A DNA stretch of 64,000 bases from an uncultured Atribacterota bacterium. GTDB taxonomy: Bacteria; Atribacterota; Phoenicimicrobiia; Phoenicimicrobiales; Stramentimicrobiaceae. Shown one piece after another: positions 16,540 through 26,718 of the stretch. The first letter of the stretch is position 1. The number at the start of each line of letters is the position of its first letter. The notes beneath the pieces are model-generated. The model made no database searches, was not told the origin of the DNA, and saw only the letters and a list, made by a program, of their open reading frames with translations. The stretch is taken from NCBI GenBank assembly GCA_964586485.1, contig CAZPII010000001.1, positions 2,334-66,333 of the forward strand. The letters run 5' to 3'. The translations under genes were made by a program, and so were the position numbers.

Positions 16540-17234
16540 TGCCATATATAGATTTACAATATATTAGAAATGAGGGTTATGAAGGAAGTGAAGAAAGATT
16601 TAATCTTTTAACTGAATCCATAACAGATTTTATTGATATGTTTTGTAAAAATATATTTAGAGCATTAAAGAAAACTCTTGATATTGATGGTTGTGACGGC
16701 TGCATGCTTCCTGCACCTTATTCTATTATTAGAATTGATTCTGTATCTATATATGATGGAAGTAAATTTAATTCAGTAGATAATTCAAGTTATGTTTATT
16801 ATAAAGGTAATGATCCATCTGTAGATATGTTTCCTAGAATTTGCCTTAGGGATCCCCAGAGAATATTCCCATTTGGTTATCAAAATATAAAAGTCAACGG
16901 CATATGGGGATGTTGTAATATTGAAGACAATCCAGAATTCAATTCATCTTTGCCTGAAAATGATCAAACAAATTCAAGATATATTTATACTACACCAGAT
17001 TTAATAAAAAAAGCTTGTGCAAAATTATTTTTTCTTTTAGAACCAAAATTAAATGATTGGCAACCTAATTTTGATGTAAAAATGATACCTTATATAATAA
17101 AAGAAAGAACTGATGGTCATTCATATGAGCTGTCTGATAAAATTGTTGATTCATTAGGTGGATTAACAGGTGATAAACATATAGACTATATTTTAGAAAT
17201 GTATTCAAGATATAATACAGTGACAATTGTTTAA
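16539..17234 (+). CDS. head-tail connector (gp6-like) protein
   Basis: GTG start overlapping the upstream stop. The N-terminal pattern is typical of gp6-like connectors, and the position fits. Confidence 0.45.
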   Translation: MPYIDLQYIRNEGYEGSEERFNLLTESITDFIDMFCKNIFRALKKTLDIDGCDGCMLPAPYSIIRIDSVSIYDGSKFNSVDNSSYVYYKGNDPSVDMFPRICLRDPQRIFPFGYQNIKVNGIWGCCNIEDNPEFNSSLPENDQTNSRYIYTTPDLIKKACAKLFFLLEPKLNDWQPNFDVKMIPYIIKERTDGHSYELSDKIVDSLGGLTGDKHIDYILEMYSRYNTVTIV

Positions 17235-17236
17235 TT

Positions 17237-17653
17237 ATGATACCAAAATTAATTCATCCTGTTTTAATTGAAGTTGTATTTTTCGATAAAGAAAATGCTT
17301 ATTATGATTCAATATTGAAAGAGCACATAGGTAAACCAACTTATACTAAACCCACTGTAGTACTTGGACAAAGGGGGTTTCCAAAAGATCAAGCTGAATT
17401 AAATATGGTAGCCGGCGGCGATAGCAAAATGGCTGATGGATATTTTTTAACATATCAATCGGAGTGGAGAGAAAAACTAGCTCTTCAAGAAGGTGAAGAA
17501 TTTAATTTAGATATTTTTAAGTCGGCTAAAATTGTAAAGCATGAAAATTATCAGGTTGATTATAAAATAATTGAAGCTATACCCTGTACAACATATAACC
17601 ATAGAACATATTTTATTAAACTTGAATACACTACTCCTCAAAAAGGAATGTAA
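17237..17653 (+). CDS. head-closure/adaptor protein (positional)
   Basis: Size and position only. Confidence 0.35.
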   Translation: MIPKLIHPVLIEVVFFDKENAYYDSILKEHIGKPTYTKPTVVLGQRGFPKDQAELNMVAGGDSKMADGYFLTYQSEWREKLALQEGEEFNLDIFKSAKIVKHENYQVDYKIIEAIPCTTYNHRTYFIKLEYTTPQKGM

Positions 17654-18291
17654 TGATTAATTTAAAAATGGAATTAAGAGATAGAGAGTGGGAGCAAGCC
17701 ATGATTGGTCTACAAATGAATGGTGATAGGGTTCCGCAGAGATTTGCCCATGTTATAGGTGGATATTTAGCAGAAAAAGTTAGAAAAAATTTACTTAGTC
17801 AAAAATTTGCTTCAACTTGGAAACCATTGAGCCGTCTTACATTAATGGCAAAAAAACAAAATAGAGATAAGATTTTAATTGAAACAGAAAAAATGGCTAA
17901 CGATATAAGTTATACTTATGATATAAAAAACAAGCGTTTATATATTGGCGTCCCTAATTATAAAAGAAGATCAGCCATGTTATCTATGGTTCATGAATAC
18001 GGGGCTTGGATAAAAAAATCAGGTGCCGGAAAATTAAATAAAGGTGGGTTGGGGAATTTATTTTCTGGTTTAAAAAAACATGCGCCTAAATCAGGAAAAA
18101 AAGGCAATTATATAAGAATACCTCCAAGACCATTTATAGCGCCAACAATTGATGAAGAAATAAATCATGGAGACCTTCACCAAGTAATAGATAAAGATTT
18201 AGACTATATGATGACTAAAATTTTAAAAGGTAAAAATATAAAAGAATCAAGGGGTATTTTAGAAAAATTAGTAGGCGATTTAATAGCATGA
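17653..18291 (+). CDS. HK97 gp10-like neck/tail-attachment protein
   Basis: TAATG overlap. The IPPRPFIAPT motif is typical of the gp10 family. Confidence 0.5.
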   Translation: MINLKMELRDREWEQAMIGLQMNGDRVPQRFAHVIGGYLAEKVRKNLLSQKFASTWKPLSRLTLMAKKQNRDKILIETEKMANDISYTYDIKNKRLYIGVPNYKRRSAMLSMVHEYGAWIKKSGAGKLNKGGLGNLFSGLKKHAPKSGKKGNYIRIPPRPFIAPTIDEEINHGDLHQVIDKDLDYMMTKILKGKNIKESRGILEKLVGDLIA

Positions 18292-18878
18292 GTAATGAAA
18301 TAACACAAAAAGATATTAATGATTGTGAATTTTTAGATGTTTTAAGATCATTGGTTGAAAAATTGCAAGACAATTGTTGCAAACAAGTATATGTATATAC
18401 TAATTCTTATTTTAATAAAAATCCAAATGATTCCGAGTTTCATATAGTTAGCGAATCCGAGTTGCCACAAATAGCTATTGTCCGTATTATTTCAAGAGAA
18501 TTAAGATTAAGAAGATCACTATATAAGCATAAAATTTCAAATTTAGAAAATTTGACCTTTAAAAATATTGGTAGAGCAAAATTTTTTGACTTCTTTTTTG
18601 ACTTAAATATATTATCAACAAGCGCTAATGAAAGCTCTGCGATAAAATGGAAAATTCATAAATTTTGGGAAGATTCAGATCATCTTATAGATACTATATC
18701 TGGTAAAACTTATACCTTTGATATGCTTCAAGATGATGTTTTTGAAATAGAACCTAATATATCGGATTTAAGTGTTGTTGGTACGCAAATAAAAATTGGT
18801 CAAGTGCCAGTTTTTGGCAATATAGAGCAAACAGGACATTTGGTTGAAACTTTTATTCCAAATATAGCGGTAAATTAG
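18288..18878 (+). CDS. tail completion/terminator protein (positional)
   Basis: ATGA overlap. Lies upstream of the sheath gene. Confidence 0.3.
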   Translation: MSNEITQKDINDCEFLDVLRSLVEKLQDNCCKQVYVYTNSYFNKNPNDSEFHIVSESELPQIAIVRIISRELRLRRSLYKHKISNLENLTFKNIGRAKFFDFFFDLNILSTSANESSAIKWKIHKFWEDSDHLIDTISGKTYTFDMLQDDVFEIEPNISDLSVVGTQIKIGQVPVFGNIEQTGHLVETFIPNIAVN

Positions 18879-18884
18879 GAGTTT

Positions 18885-19187
18885 ATGATGAAAAAAATAG
18901 TTCTTAAAAATATGTCTAAAATAACATTATGTTTTCCGTTAGTTAAAAGTGGTAGTGTTTTTTATTTGGAGTCCGGACAAAAATCTGAGCCAATAGATGA
19001 AGCGCTGGTTTCTCATCAAATTAAAAAAGCTATTTTAAAAGGTGTTTTACAAGTAGTTCCTGAAGTAAAAAAGTCTACTGTTAAAAAAGAAGACAAGCCT
19101 AAAGAAGATAAAACAGAAAAAACCAGTGAAATTCAAGAAGTAACAAAAAACACTGATGAAATTGAAAACGATATAAAAAAGAAATAA
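18885..19187 (+). CDS. hypothetical protein (100 aa, Lys/Glu-rich tail)
   Basis: AGGAG RBS. Confidence 0.4.
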   Translation: MMKKIVLKNMSKITLCFPLVKSGSVFYLESGQKSEPIDEALVSHQIKKAILKGVLQVVPEVKKSTVKKEDKPKEDKTEKTSEIQEVTKNTDEIENDIKKK

Positions 19188-19220
19188 ATTAGCAATAGTT
19201 AATAGTTAAAGGAGTAAGAT

Positions 19221-21236
19221 ATGAGCCTATACAGTTCAGCGGGTGTCTACACTAATATTGTTGACGCCTCTTTATATGTCTCTAATGCCGGGCAACATAC
19301 AACCGCTATGTTATTAGTTACAGAAAAAGGTCCAATTAATGAACCAATAATAATATTTGATTTTAACCAATTTGTAACCGTTTTTGGGTCTTATGGCATA
19401 GAAGGTAGAATTGATGCCTTTATGATTAAAAAGTTTTTTGAAGAGGGTGGTAATAGATTAATCGTAGTTGGTATTGCCCATTATACAGATATTACTGACG
19501 ATTCAACTCTTACAGCTCTAAAATCTTCATTAACATTAAAAGATCGCAAGATTGGTGTTGATAAGACTCAAAATGATATTATTTTAGCTGAAGCCAATTC
19601 GCCAAAGACTTGGGGCGATAAAATATCAGTTACAACTCAGAAATATTCTATTATTACTACGATTAATTTAACTACTGGCGATACTGAATTGGTTTTGAAC
19701 TCTTCTAATGATGTTGAAATTGGTGATAAAATTACTATAAGCGACGGCACACACTCTTATACAACTGTTATAACCAGTAAAGACAATGGGTTAAATAAAA
19801 TTTATTTCCCAGCTTACAATGGTGCGGATACTATAGTGGCCGGGGCGAGCGTTTCAAGTTCGTCAACTCATAGAGCTTTAACAGTTATAGACAATGATGA
19901 ATCATTAAAATCCGACGATACTACTTTAACTTTAAATAGTGTTGCGGGTATAAATATTGGCAGTATAATTACTGTCTTAGATAAAAGAACTACAAATCCT
20001 AATTTTGTATCTTTTGTTGTTAAAGGAATAAACAATAGAACAGTAACATTTGATAGTGTTGGCTCTATTACTGAAATATTAGCCGAAAATTCTAAAGTAG
20101 TTTCTCAAGAATTTCAGATGATAACTTATTATGAATCAGAATTTAGAAATTATTTGAAATATTTAAGCCCACTGGCGAGCAATAAAACTGATGGTATTTC
20201 AATGATGATGTCAAATTCTAAATATGATATCAATTCATCTATTATTACTAATGCCGCTGATCCTTTAGACAGGATACCGGAAGCTGTTAATAAAACATAT
20301 TTATCCGGTGGATCAGATGGAGTCAGTAGTTTATCGACTAGTGATTATATTGGCGACCCTAGCACAAAAACCGGACTATATGCACTTGATGCTATGGATG
20401 ATATTGATATTATTTGCGCTGTAGGAGTGCCTAGGATTGGCAATACCCCGGGCTCAATCGATCCTGATCTTCAAAATGCTATAATTAATTATTCAAAGAA
20501 TAATAAAACAACAACCAGATGCATTGTAGACCCACCTTCCGGCTTAACACCGCAACAAGTAAGAGATTATAGATATGGCGAAGGCGGCTTTGGGAATGAA
20601 ATCCCGTTTGCGTCTGAAAAAGGTAGTTTACATTATCCTTGGGAAAAAGAAAACCATCCTATAACAGGCGAAACTATTTATTTACCTCCAGCCTGTCTTA
20701 TTGCCGGCCGCCATGCTAGAAGCTATACTATGTCATATCCACATAGAGCACCTGCTGGCCCTAATAGGACTATTGTTACTACAAAAGGTTTTGAAACTAA
20801 GGTAAGTAGATCAGAAGATGATTTCTTAAGTCTGGCTAATATTAATGTAACGAGATCTTTTTCAGAAGGGGCTTATATTAATGGACAAAGAACACTTTCT
20901 AATGTTACTTCTGGGCTTGATAGTATTAATGTTGTTGATTGTGTTCATTATATAGTTCGACGCCTCGAAAAAGTTCAACAAGCTATAAAATTTGAACCTA
21001 ATGATTCTGATACTTGGAAACGTGTTGTAAAAATTGTACAACCGTTTTTAAAACAAGTCAAAGATGAAAGAGGGTTGTATTATTATGATGTAACTTGTGG
21101 GCCAACGCAAAATACAGGTCAATCAATAGATAATAAAGAATTATATTGTTTAATTGTTATACAACCAACAAAAGCCGCTGAAAAAATAATCAATACGCTT
21201 GTCATAGAGTCTACTCAGACTTATTCTTTTATCTAA
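19221..21236 (+). CDS. contractile tail sheath protein
   Basis: AAAGGAG RBS. At 671 aa it lies directly upstream of the tube gene. The C-terminal region (NINVTRSFSEGAYINGQRTLS) is typical of the sheath family, and there is an internal tandem-duplicated insertion. Confidence 0.85.
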   Translation: MSLYSSAGVYTNIVDASLYVSNAGQHTTAMLLVTEKGPINEPIIIFDFNQFVTVFGSYGIEGRIDAFMIKKFFEEGGNRLIVVGIAHYTDITDDSTLTALKSSLTLKDRKIGVDKTQNDIILAEANSPKTWGDKISVTTQKYSIITTINLTTGDTELVLNSSNDVEIGDKITISDGTHSYTTVITSKDNGLNKIYFPAYNGADTIVAGASVSSSSTHRALTVIDNDESLKSDDTTLTLNSVAGINIGSIITVLDKRTTNPNFVSFVVKGINNRTVTFDSVGSITEILAENSKVVSQEFQMITYYESEFRNYLKYLSPLASNKTDGISMMMSNSKYDINSSIITNAADPLDRIPEAVNKTYLSGGSDGVSSLSTSDYIGDPSTKTGLYALDAMDDIDIICAVGVPRIGNTPGSIDPDLQNAIINYSKNNKTTTRCIVDPPSGLTPQQVRDYRYGEGGFGNEIPFASEKGSLHYPWEKENHPITGETIYLPPACLIAGRHARSYTMSYPHRAPAGPNRTIVTTKGFETKVSRSEDDFLSLANINVTRSFSEGAYINGQRTLSNVTSGLDSINVVDCVHYIVRRLEKVQQAIKFEPNDSDTWKRVVKIVQPFLKQVKDERGLYYYDVTCGPTQNTGQSIDNKELYCLIVIQPTKAAEKIINTLVIESTQTYSFI

Positions 21237-21239
21237 TTA

Positions 21240-21250
21240 ATTGAATAAAT
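21240..21250 (+). promoter_or_regulatory. TTGAATAAATA motif, copy 3 (52 nt upstream of the tube gene)
   Basis: Exact 11-mer shared with 14581-14591. Confidence 0.3.
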
Positions 21251-21291
21251 AGTGTTTTGTTTAAATTAGTAATTAATTAAGGAGTAATATA

Positions 21292-21864
21292 ATGTTAAAA
21301 GCCCCAGAAAGCGTAATGCATTTAATGCAAAACTGGCAATTTGCTATTGAGATTGATGGTTTTATGTCCGCTTTATTTACCAAGGGCGCCCCGCCTGAAA
21401 TAACAAATAATAAAGTTGAATTTGATTCGGCCGGATCATTATACACTATGCCTGCCGCTGGCAGGGTTGTGTTTGGAACAATCACGCTAGAAAAAGGAAT
21501 TTTAGCCGATGGAACCGATGATGCCGCGTTGCAATGGTTATTCCACACAATGAATGTCCAGTTACAAAATGGTTGGATTCCTCAAGATTATATGAGAACC
21601 ATCGATTTGGTTAAAGCTGGAAGAACCGGTAAGCCATTTAGAAGATGGAGGCTTTTTAGTGCCTTTATTTCTCAGTTAACCTATAGTGATCTTGAAGGAT
21701 CAAGTGATGATAATACAATAGAAACACTTTCTATTGATTATCACTATGCATACCCAATAGATCCAGATGGTTATAATGCTAATCCTATTTATGACGATAG
21801 ACCAGAGCAAAACGTTGTAACAAGAACGTTAAACACTGCCGCTCAAATCTTAGGCGCACAATAA
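21292..21864 (+). CDS. tail tube protein (T4 gp19 / conserved phage tail region family)
   Basis: FAIEIDGF...FTKGAPPEITNNKVEF...GRVVFGTITLEKG matches the TIGR02241/PF06841 pattern. Follows the sheath gene. Confidence 0.8.
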   Translation: MLKAPESVMHLMQNWQFAIEIDGFMSALFTKGAPPEITNNKVEFDSAGSLYTMPAAGRVVFGTITLEKGILADGTDDAALQWLFHTMNVQLQNGWIPQDYMRTIDLVKAGRTGKPFRRWRLFSAFISQLTYSDLEGSSDDNTIETLSIDYHYAYPIDPDGYNANPIYDDRPEQNVVTRTLNTAAQILGAQ

Positions 21865-21889
21865 AAGAATCCCTATATATTAAAATAAG

Positions 21890-21945
21890 CTTCACCTATT
21901 TTATCTATCGTGTATAATGGTAAAATATGGTGAAGTTTATTTTTT
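21890..21945 (+). terminator. stem-loop plus T-run after the tube gene
   Basis: cttcacctatttta / taaaata(t)ggtgaag gives 14 bp with 1 bulge, then tttatttttt. The loop contains TGTATAAT. Confidence 0.5.
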
Positions 21946-21958
21946 AAAGGAGATAGTT

Positions 21959-22873
21959 ATGGAAAGCTTACTTTCAGTTATTGGCGGCTCAAGAGAGAGA
22001 GAATTTACACTTCCTTCTGGAAAATTAGTAAAAATTAAAGAAATGGACGGCTGGTGTGAAGACCTTTTAGCTAGTGAAGCGTTTCAGAGTGAAAAAGAAA
22101 AACAATCTAAATTTTCAAAAAGAAGCAATAAAGCTTTTGATAAAGTTTTAGCTTATTGCACTACTTATCTTGATGGTTGCGGTGAAAATGTAACCGTTAA
22201 CGACATAAATAATCTTTATTCTTATGATTACTTATTTTTAGCTATGGCTATGCGTATTGTTTCAAGAGGTGACGAGTATAAAGTTGAAATAAATTGTGAA
22301 GAGTGTGGTGCAGTTAATGTATTTATTTATCAGAGTTTAACTGAAGAAATTTTAGATAAAAGTAAAACATTACAGGATTTAAACAGTATTCAGGGTGTCG
22401 ATGTTGAAAAAGAAGAATATCATGCTGAAGTTTTTGATATTATATTTGTTCTTAAGTTTTTAAAATCTAAAGATCAAAATGTTTTAGAAGAAAGAATAAA
22501 ACTTGATGGTAATAGGAAAAATAATTCTCACATCATTCTTATGCATTGTAAAGGCTGGTATAAAAAAGGAGCCGACCCAAGTACGATTCAACCATTAAAC
22601 ATTGATTTAATTAGAAAAATGCCTATGAGTTATACCACTGAAATAAAAGATAGAATAGAAGATATTAAATTTGGCCCTGATATAACAGTTCAATCTTATT
22701 GTAGAAATTGTAATTCTTATATGGAGGGTTCATTAATGACACGGGATTTTTTCCTTGCCAATTCCCGCAAGAAGAAATATTCTTCATGTGGCAACTCAAA
22801 TGCAGAGGAGGATATGAAGAATTCATGTCAATGCCAGTCTCAACAAGAAAAAGAATCTACCAAAATTGTGTAA
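21959..22873 (+). CDS. tail assembly chaperone (candidate -1 frameshift to 22938)
   Basis: ATG 21959 lies 6 nt after AAAGGAG; the track start at 21917 falls inside the terminator hairpin. Lies between the tube and tape-measure genes. Slippery T_TTT_TTC at 22747-22753. Confidence 0.5.
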   Translation: MESLLSVIGGSREREFTLPSGKLVKIKEMDGWCEDLLASEAFQSEKEKQSKFSKRSNKAFDKVLAYCTTYLDGCGENVTVNDINNLYSYDYLFLAMAMRIVSRGDEYKVEINCEECGAVNVFIYQSLTEEILDKSKTLQDLNSIQGVDVEKEEYHAEVFDIIFVLKFLKSKDQNVLEERIKLDGNRKNNSHIILMHCKGWYKKGADPSTIQPLNIDLIRKMPMSYTTEIKDRIEDIKFGPDITVQSYCRNCNSYMEGSLMTRDFFLANSRKKKYSSCGNSNAEEDMKNSCQCQSQQEKESTKIV

Positions 22874-22937
22874 AATATAACGAAGAGCTTAAATCAGAAT
22901 TAGATAAAATTAAAAGTAAAAAAGGAAAAGTCAAATA

Positions 22938-25900
22938 ATGGCCCATAAAGTAGCGGCACATTTTTATCTTGACATGGCTGGTAATTTTTTACAGCAGTCA
23001 AAATTAGTTTATAATTCATTTAGAAGACTACGAAATGAATCAGATGAATGGCGTAGTTCATTAACTGGTGCTATTACGCAGTTTAGTTTTGGACTAGCTG
23101 GTGCCGCCACTGGTGTTGCTACTTTAAACGCCATGATGCAGCCGGGCATAAGAATGTCAGCCGAATATGAATTAGGCTTAAGAAAAGTCTGGACCATGTT
23201 TGATCTTGGCGAAGGTTTTGTTAAAAAACTCGGTAATCAAATGCTAGATTTATCATCATATTTTGGCGAAAGTATAGCGATTACTGAGGCCGCTGAATAT
23301 CAAGCGTTATCATCTGGTATTGTTGATGTATCAGATTCAATGATGTTTATGGACGCCGCCAGTAGACTGGCTATTGGTGGTGTTACTGATATGAAAACAG
23401 CTGTTGATGGATTAACATCAATTATGGGTGCATACAGTATGGAAGCCGAAAAAATGGTTGAAGTCACTGATGCAATGTTTTTAGCAGCCAAAATGGGTAA
23501 AACTGAAATCTGGGAGTTATCGCAGCATTTAGGCCGAGTCGTGCCTATGGCAGCTCAATTTGGTGTCACGCCGGATGAAGTTATGGCGGCTGTTTCCACA
23601 ATGACTACGCAGGGCCTTTCTACAGCCCATGCCGTAACACGCCTAAACGCTATGATGGCATCAATCATGAAAGCAGAAAGAAACAAGGCCGCCATGGAAG
23701 AGGCGCAAAGATTAGGCGTTGATTTTTCAGTTGCGTCTTTGCAGGAAAAAGGTCTTTTAAAATTCTTTAGCGATGTAATTAACGCCCAAGGCTTTATGAC
23801 TGCGTCTTGGGGTAGGTTAATGCAGGCTACAGAATCTATGGTTGGCGCTCAGTCTTTAATGGTTGAGGGTGGTAAAAGATACGCAAAACAGTTAGACAGA
23901 ATGTCTGTGAAAGCAGGAGAAACACAAAAAGCTTTTGAAAAAGTTTATAATAGTTTAATTTATCAAGGCAGAGTTCTGACTGAAACACTTAGAGCAATGG
24001 CGATTAAAGCTTTTAATCCTATTAGAGAATCATTAACGCTTTCTTTAAAATTAATTAATCCTATTCTTATAGGGATTAATAAAATTATGAGCTTGCCATT
24101 TATGGATCTTATTGGAACAGTTGGTATCTTGTTGACTTCAGCTACAATATTGGCAGCAACGCTAGCATCGTTATTGGTTACGCTTGAAAGTATTTTTAAA
24201 ATATCAAGTTTAATAGCGGCTAGTAATTTTGCAAAAGATTTATTATTTACAAGAACTATTTTTACTGGTATTTCTGAAATTGGTAAAACATTTAGTCAAA
24301 CAGCAAAAATGATGTTTTCAGGTAAAATAATAGAGAGTATGGGTTATTTTAAAAAGCAATTTAAGTCTTCTGTACTAGAGCCTACTCAGCAAGTTTCAAA
24401 AACTATTAATACAAATATGTCACTTTTAGGAACGACTTATACTAAATTCAATAAAATAGGTTCTTCAATTGTAGCTAGTAGCGATACAGTTTTTTCTAAT
24501 TTTATAAAAGGGTTTCAAAATTTAGGTGAAGCAACCAAATTAAAAAGCGCAGGCTTATTTAAGGAATTACAAGAAGGAAAATATATTGAGAATTATAAAA
24601 AGCATTTTGGAAGATCATTTGAACTAATTGGCGAAAGATGGAAATCAATAAGTAAAACTGTTATTGATTCTGTTCAATCAAGTTTTTCTTGGCTTAAAAG
24701 CGGTGATATGAAAAAAGATTTAACAGGCGTTATGTCAGGTCTTAATTTTAAAGAAACTTTCAATAATATGCGTAGATCATTTGAAAGCTCTATAGCTAGC
24801 TTAAGCGCAACAATAGCATCTTTGAGCACAACAATAACAGGTATCGTCTCAAGCGTAGGTGGGGCAATATCGACTGTTTTAAGAACACTTGGCGCTATTT
24901 TTATAGAAATTGTTATACCAATGCTTCTTATAGGCGCTATGGTTTGGGCTACCATTGAGGGTTTGAGAAAAATTTGGCAAATTTTAACTAATTTATATAA
25001 TGATAATTTCTTAGGTATAAAAGCTTTTGTTGAATTTATAGCATCAATATTAAGTGATATTGGTGATTTAATGTACGCTTCTTTTCTTGGATTTAGAAGA
25101 GGGTTTATGGACTCTTTTATGCCTATAATAGATCAAATGAGAGATATATTTGATCCTATTATAATAGCGATTCAAAGATTAAAAGATGCATTTTCAGAAT
25201 TATTAGTAATATTTGGATTTTCAAGAGATCCTTTAAAACGCCAATATCAATTTTGGAAATTAATTGGTCAAGTTATTGGTTTTGTTACTAAATTAATTGC
25301 CGGCCCATTAGTTAGGTCTTTACGTAATACAGTTTTAATATTAACTCATTTTATAAATTCAATAACATCAACGGTTAGTTTTATTAAAGGGTTTTTCTCT
25401 GTATTTGAAAGCGCATTTGAAAATATCCGTATGGCTTTTTCTCCATTATTAAAAGCTTTAGATGATTTATTTAATACTGTACATAGTTTTGTTTCAGTTT
25501 TAACTGGTTCTTTATTTGGTCGTGATTTTGGCACAAAAGCAAATTCAATGTTTTCTTCTATGGAAAAAGCAGGTGCAGCTTTTGGCTCGTTCATAAAGTA
25601 TTTTATTGAGCCATATTTAAAAACATTAGTAAAACAAATTGAGATTATAACTTGGTCATTAAAACTTTTAAGAAGTTTAATGGAGTTTGTTCGAGATGTT
25701 GTTTCTAATATGCCTTGGGCTGCAAGCGGTGAATCAGTTGCCACATATACTCCGGCCCATGTTCCGGTTGTAGCGCAGTCAGCCGCTGTTTCAGGTGGCG
25801 CTCAACAGCCACAAAAACAAACTTTTGCTTCTGATGAAAAAATTGAACAAACAAATAAAATACTTACAAAAATATTAGAAAATGTTTCTCAATCCAACTC

Positions 25901-25982
25901 AACTCAAAAAGGAAATAAGAATTATAGAACTATTGATGAATTATTAGGTAGTTATATAGACAATGCTGGGAATGTTATTTAA
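22938..25982 (+). CDS. tape measure protein
   Basis: 1014 aa, helical, with a central hydrophobic segment, in the canonical position after the chaperone. Confidence 0.85.
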   Translation: MAHKVAAHFYLDMAGNFLQQSKLVYNSFRRLRNESDEWRSSLTGAITQFSFGLAGAATGVATLNAMMQPGIRMSAEYELGLRKVWTMFDLGEGFVKKLGNQMLDLSSYFGESIAITEAAEYQALSSGIVDVSDSMMFMDAASRLAIGGVTDMKTAVDGLTSIMGAYSMEAEKMVEVTDAMFLAAKMGKTEIWELSQHLGRVVPMAAQFGVTPDEVMAAVSTMTTQGLSTAHAVTRLNAMMASIMKAERNKAAMEEAQRLGVDFSVASLQEKGLLKFFSDVINAQGFMTASWGRLMQATESMVGAQSLMVEGGKRYAKQLDRMSVKAGETQKAFEKVYNSLIYQGRVLTETLRAMAIKAFNPIRESLTLSLKLINPILIGINKIMSLPFMDLIGTVGILLTSATILAATLASLLVTLESIFKISSLIAASNFAKDLLFTRTIFTGISEIGKTFSQTAKMMFSGKIIESMGYFKKQFKSSVLEPTQQVSKTINTNMSLLGTTYTKFNKIGSSIVASSDTVFSNFIKGFQNLGEATKLKSAGLFKELQEGKYIENYKKHFGRSFELIGERWKSISKTVIDSVQSSFSWLKSGDMKKDLTGVMSGLNFKETFNNMRRSFESSIASLSATIASLSTTITGIVSSVGGAISTVLRTLGAIFIEIVIPMLLIGAMVWATIEGLRKIWQILTNLYNDNFLGIKAFVEFIASILSDIGDLMYASFLGFRRGFMDSFMPIIDQMRDIFDPIIIAIQRLKDAFSELLVIFGFSRDPLKRQYQFWKLIGQVIGFVTKLIAGPLVRSLRNTVLILTHFINSITSTVSFIKGFFSVFESAFENIRMAFSPLLKALDDLFNTVHSFVSVLTGSLFGRDFGTKANSMFSSMEKAGAAFGSFIKYFIEPYLKTLVKQIEIITWSLKLLRSLMEFVRDVVSNMPWAASGESVATYTPAHVPVVAQSAAVSGGAQQPQKQTFASDEKIEQTNKILTKILENVSQSNSTQKGNKNYRTIDELLGSYIDNAGNVI

Positions 25983-26716
25983 TGTCTGAATTATTATCAA
26001 AACAACCAACCAAAGGATTAATAATGGATGTTGAAAATCCATCGAGTATTTTGTATTTTCAATTTAATCCAATTGAAATAGATGATTCATATTCAGCCAG
26101 ATATAATGATCATAATATACCGGGCTTAATATTTCCTCGTTCACAGTGGTCAAATGGCACAAATAGAATGATTAAATTTGAATTACACTTTTTTTATTCA
26201 GAAAGAAATAGACAAGAAATTTTGAGAAAATGTTCATTTTTAAGATCTTTTTTAGAGCCAGATTATGAAGCTGTTTCAAAATTAGTAAAAGCACCAAAAT
26301 ATTTATTATTTGGATTTGGTAAATTATACAAAGGTATAATGGAGATGAGAAAATGCGATATCAAGTATCATGAATTATTTGATCCTGTCACTTTATACCC
26401 TATGAAAGCAATATGTTCAATTGAATTAAAAGAAATTGCTTTAAAAATTCCTGAATTTACAGTTCAGAAATCATCTATAAAACAATATGATTCAAGTGGT
26501 AGAGGTATAAGTGGAAGCAATTTTGTCCCACCGCCACCAACAACTCAAGGTGGCGAAACATTAAATGCTTTAAACTCAAGTCAAGTAGCGCAAAGCTATA
26601 TTGCTAAGGCTAAAAATGCTTTAAATGTTAACCATGTAATTAACAGATATGCTGATGTAGCCACGGCAGCCAATAGTAAATTGTCTCAATATATACCGTT
26701 TAATTTGTTTGGGTGA
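25982..26716 (+). CDS. tube-initiator-like / CIS-tube N-terminal-domain protein
   Basis: TAATG overlap. ILYFQFNPIEIDDSYSARY...RMIKFELHFFY resembles the tube-fold initiator pattern. Confidence 0.4.
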   Translation: MSELLSKQPTKGLIMDVENPSSILYFQFNPIEIDDSYSARYNDHNIPGLIFPRSQWSNGTNRMIKFELHFFYSERNRQEILRKCSFLRSFLEPDYEAVSKLVKAPKYLLFGFGKLYKGIMEMRKCDIKYHELFDPVTLYPMKAICSIELKEIALKIPEFTVQKSSIKQYDSSGRGISGSNFVPPPPTTQGGETLNALNSSQVAQSYIAKAKNALNVNHVINRYADVATAANSKLSQYIPFNLFG

Positions 26717-26718
26717 TT

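Noticed and set aside
21273-21548. Minus-strand ORF opposite the tube gene
   Set aside because: It is nested antisense to a gene with a clear family signature.
21917-21958. Track start at 21917 for the chaperone gene
   Set aside because: This start lies inside the terminator hairpin after the tube gene and lacks an RBS. ATG 21959 has AAAGGAG 6 nt upstream.
23009-25744. Four minus-strand ORFs (23009, 23300, 24674, 25346) inside the tape-measure gene
   Set aside because: They are antisense frames of a long helical-protein gene, with no RBS or motifs.
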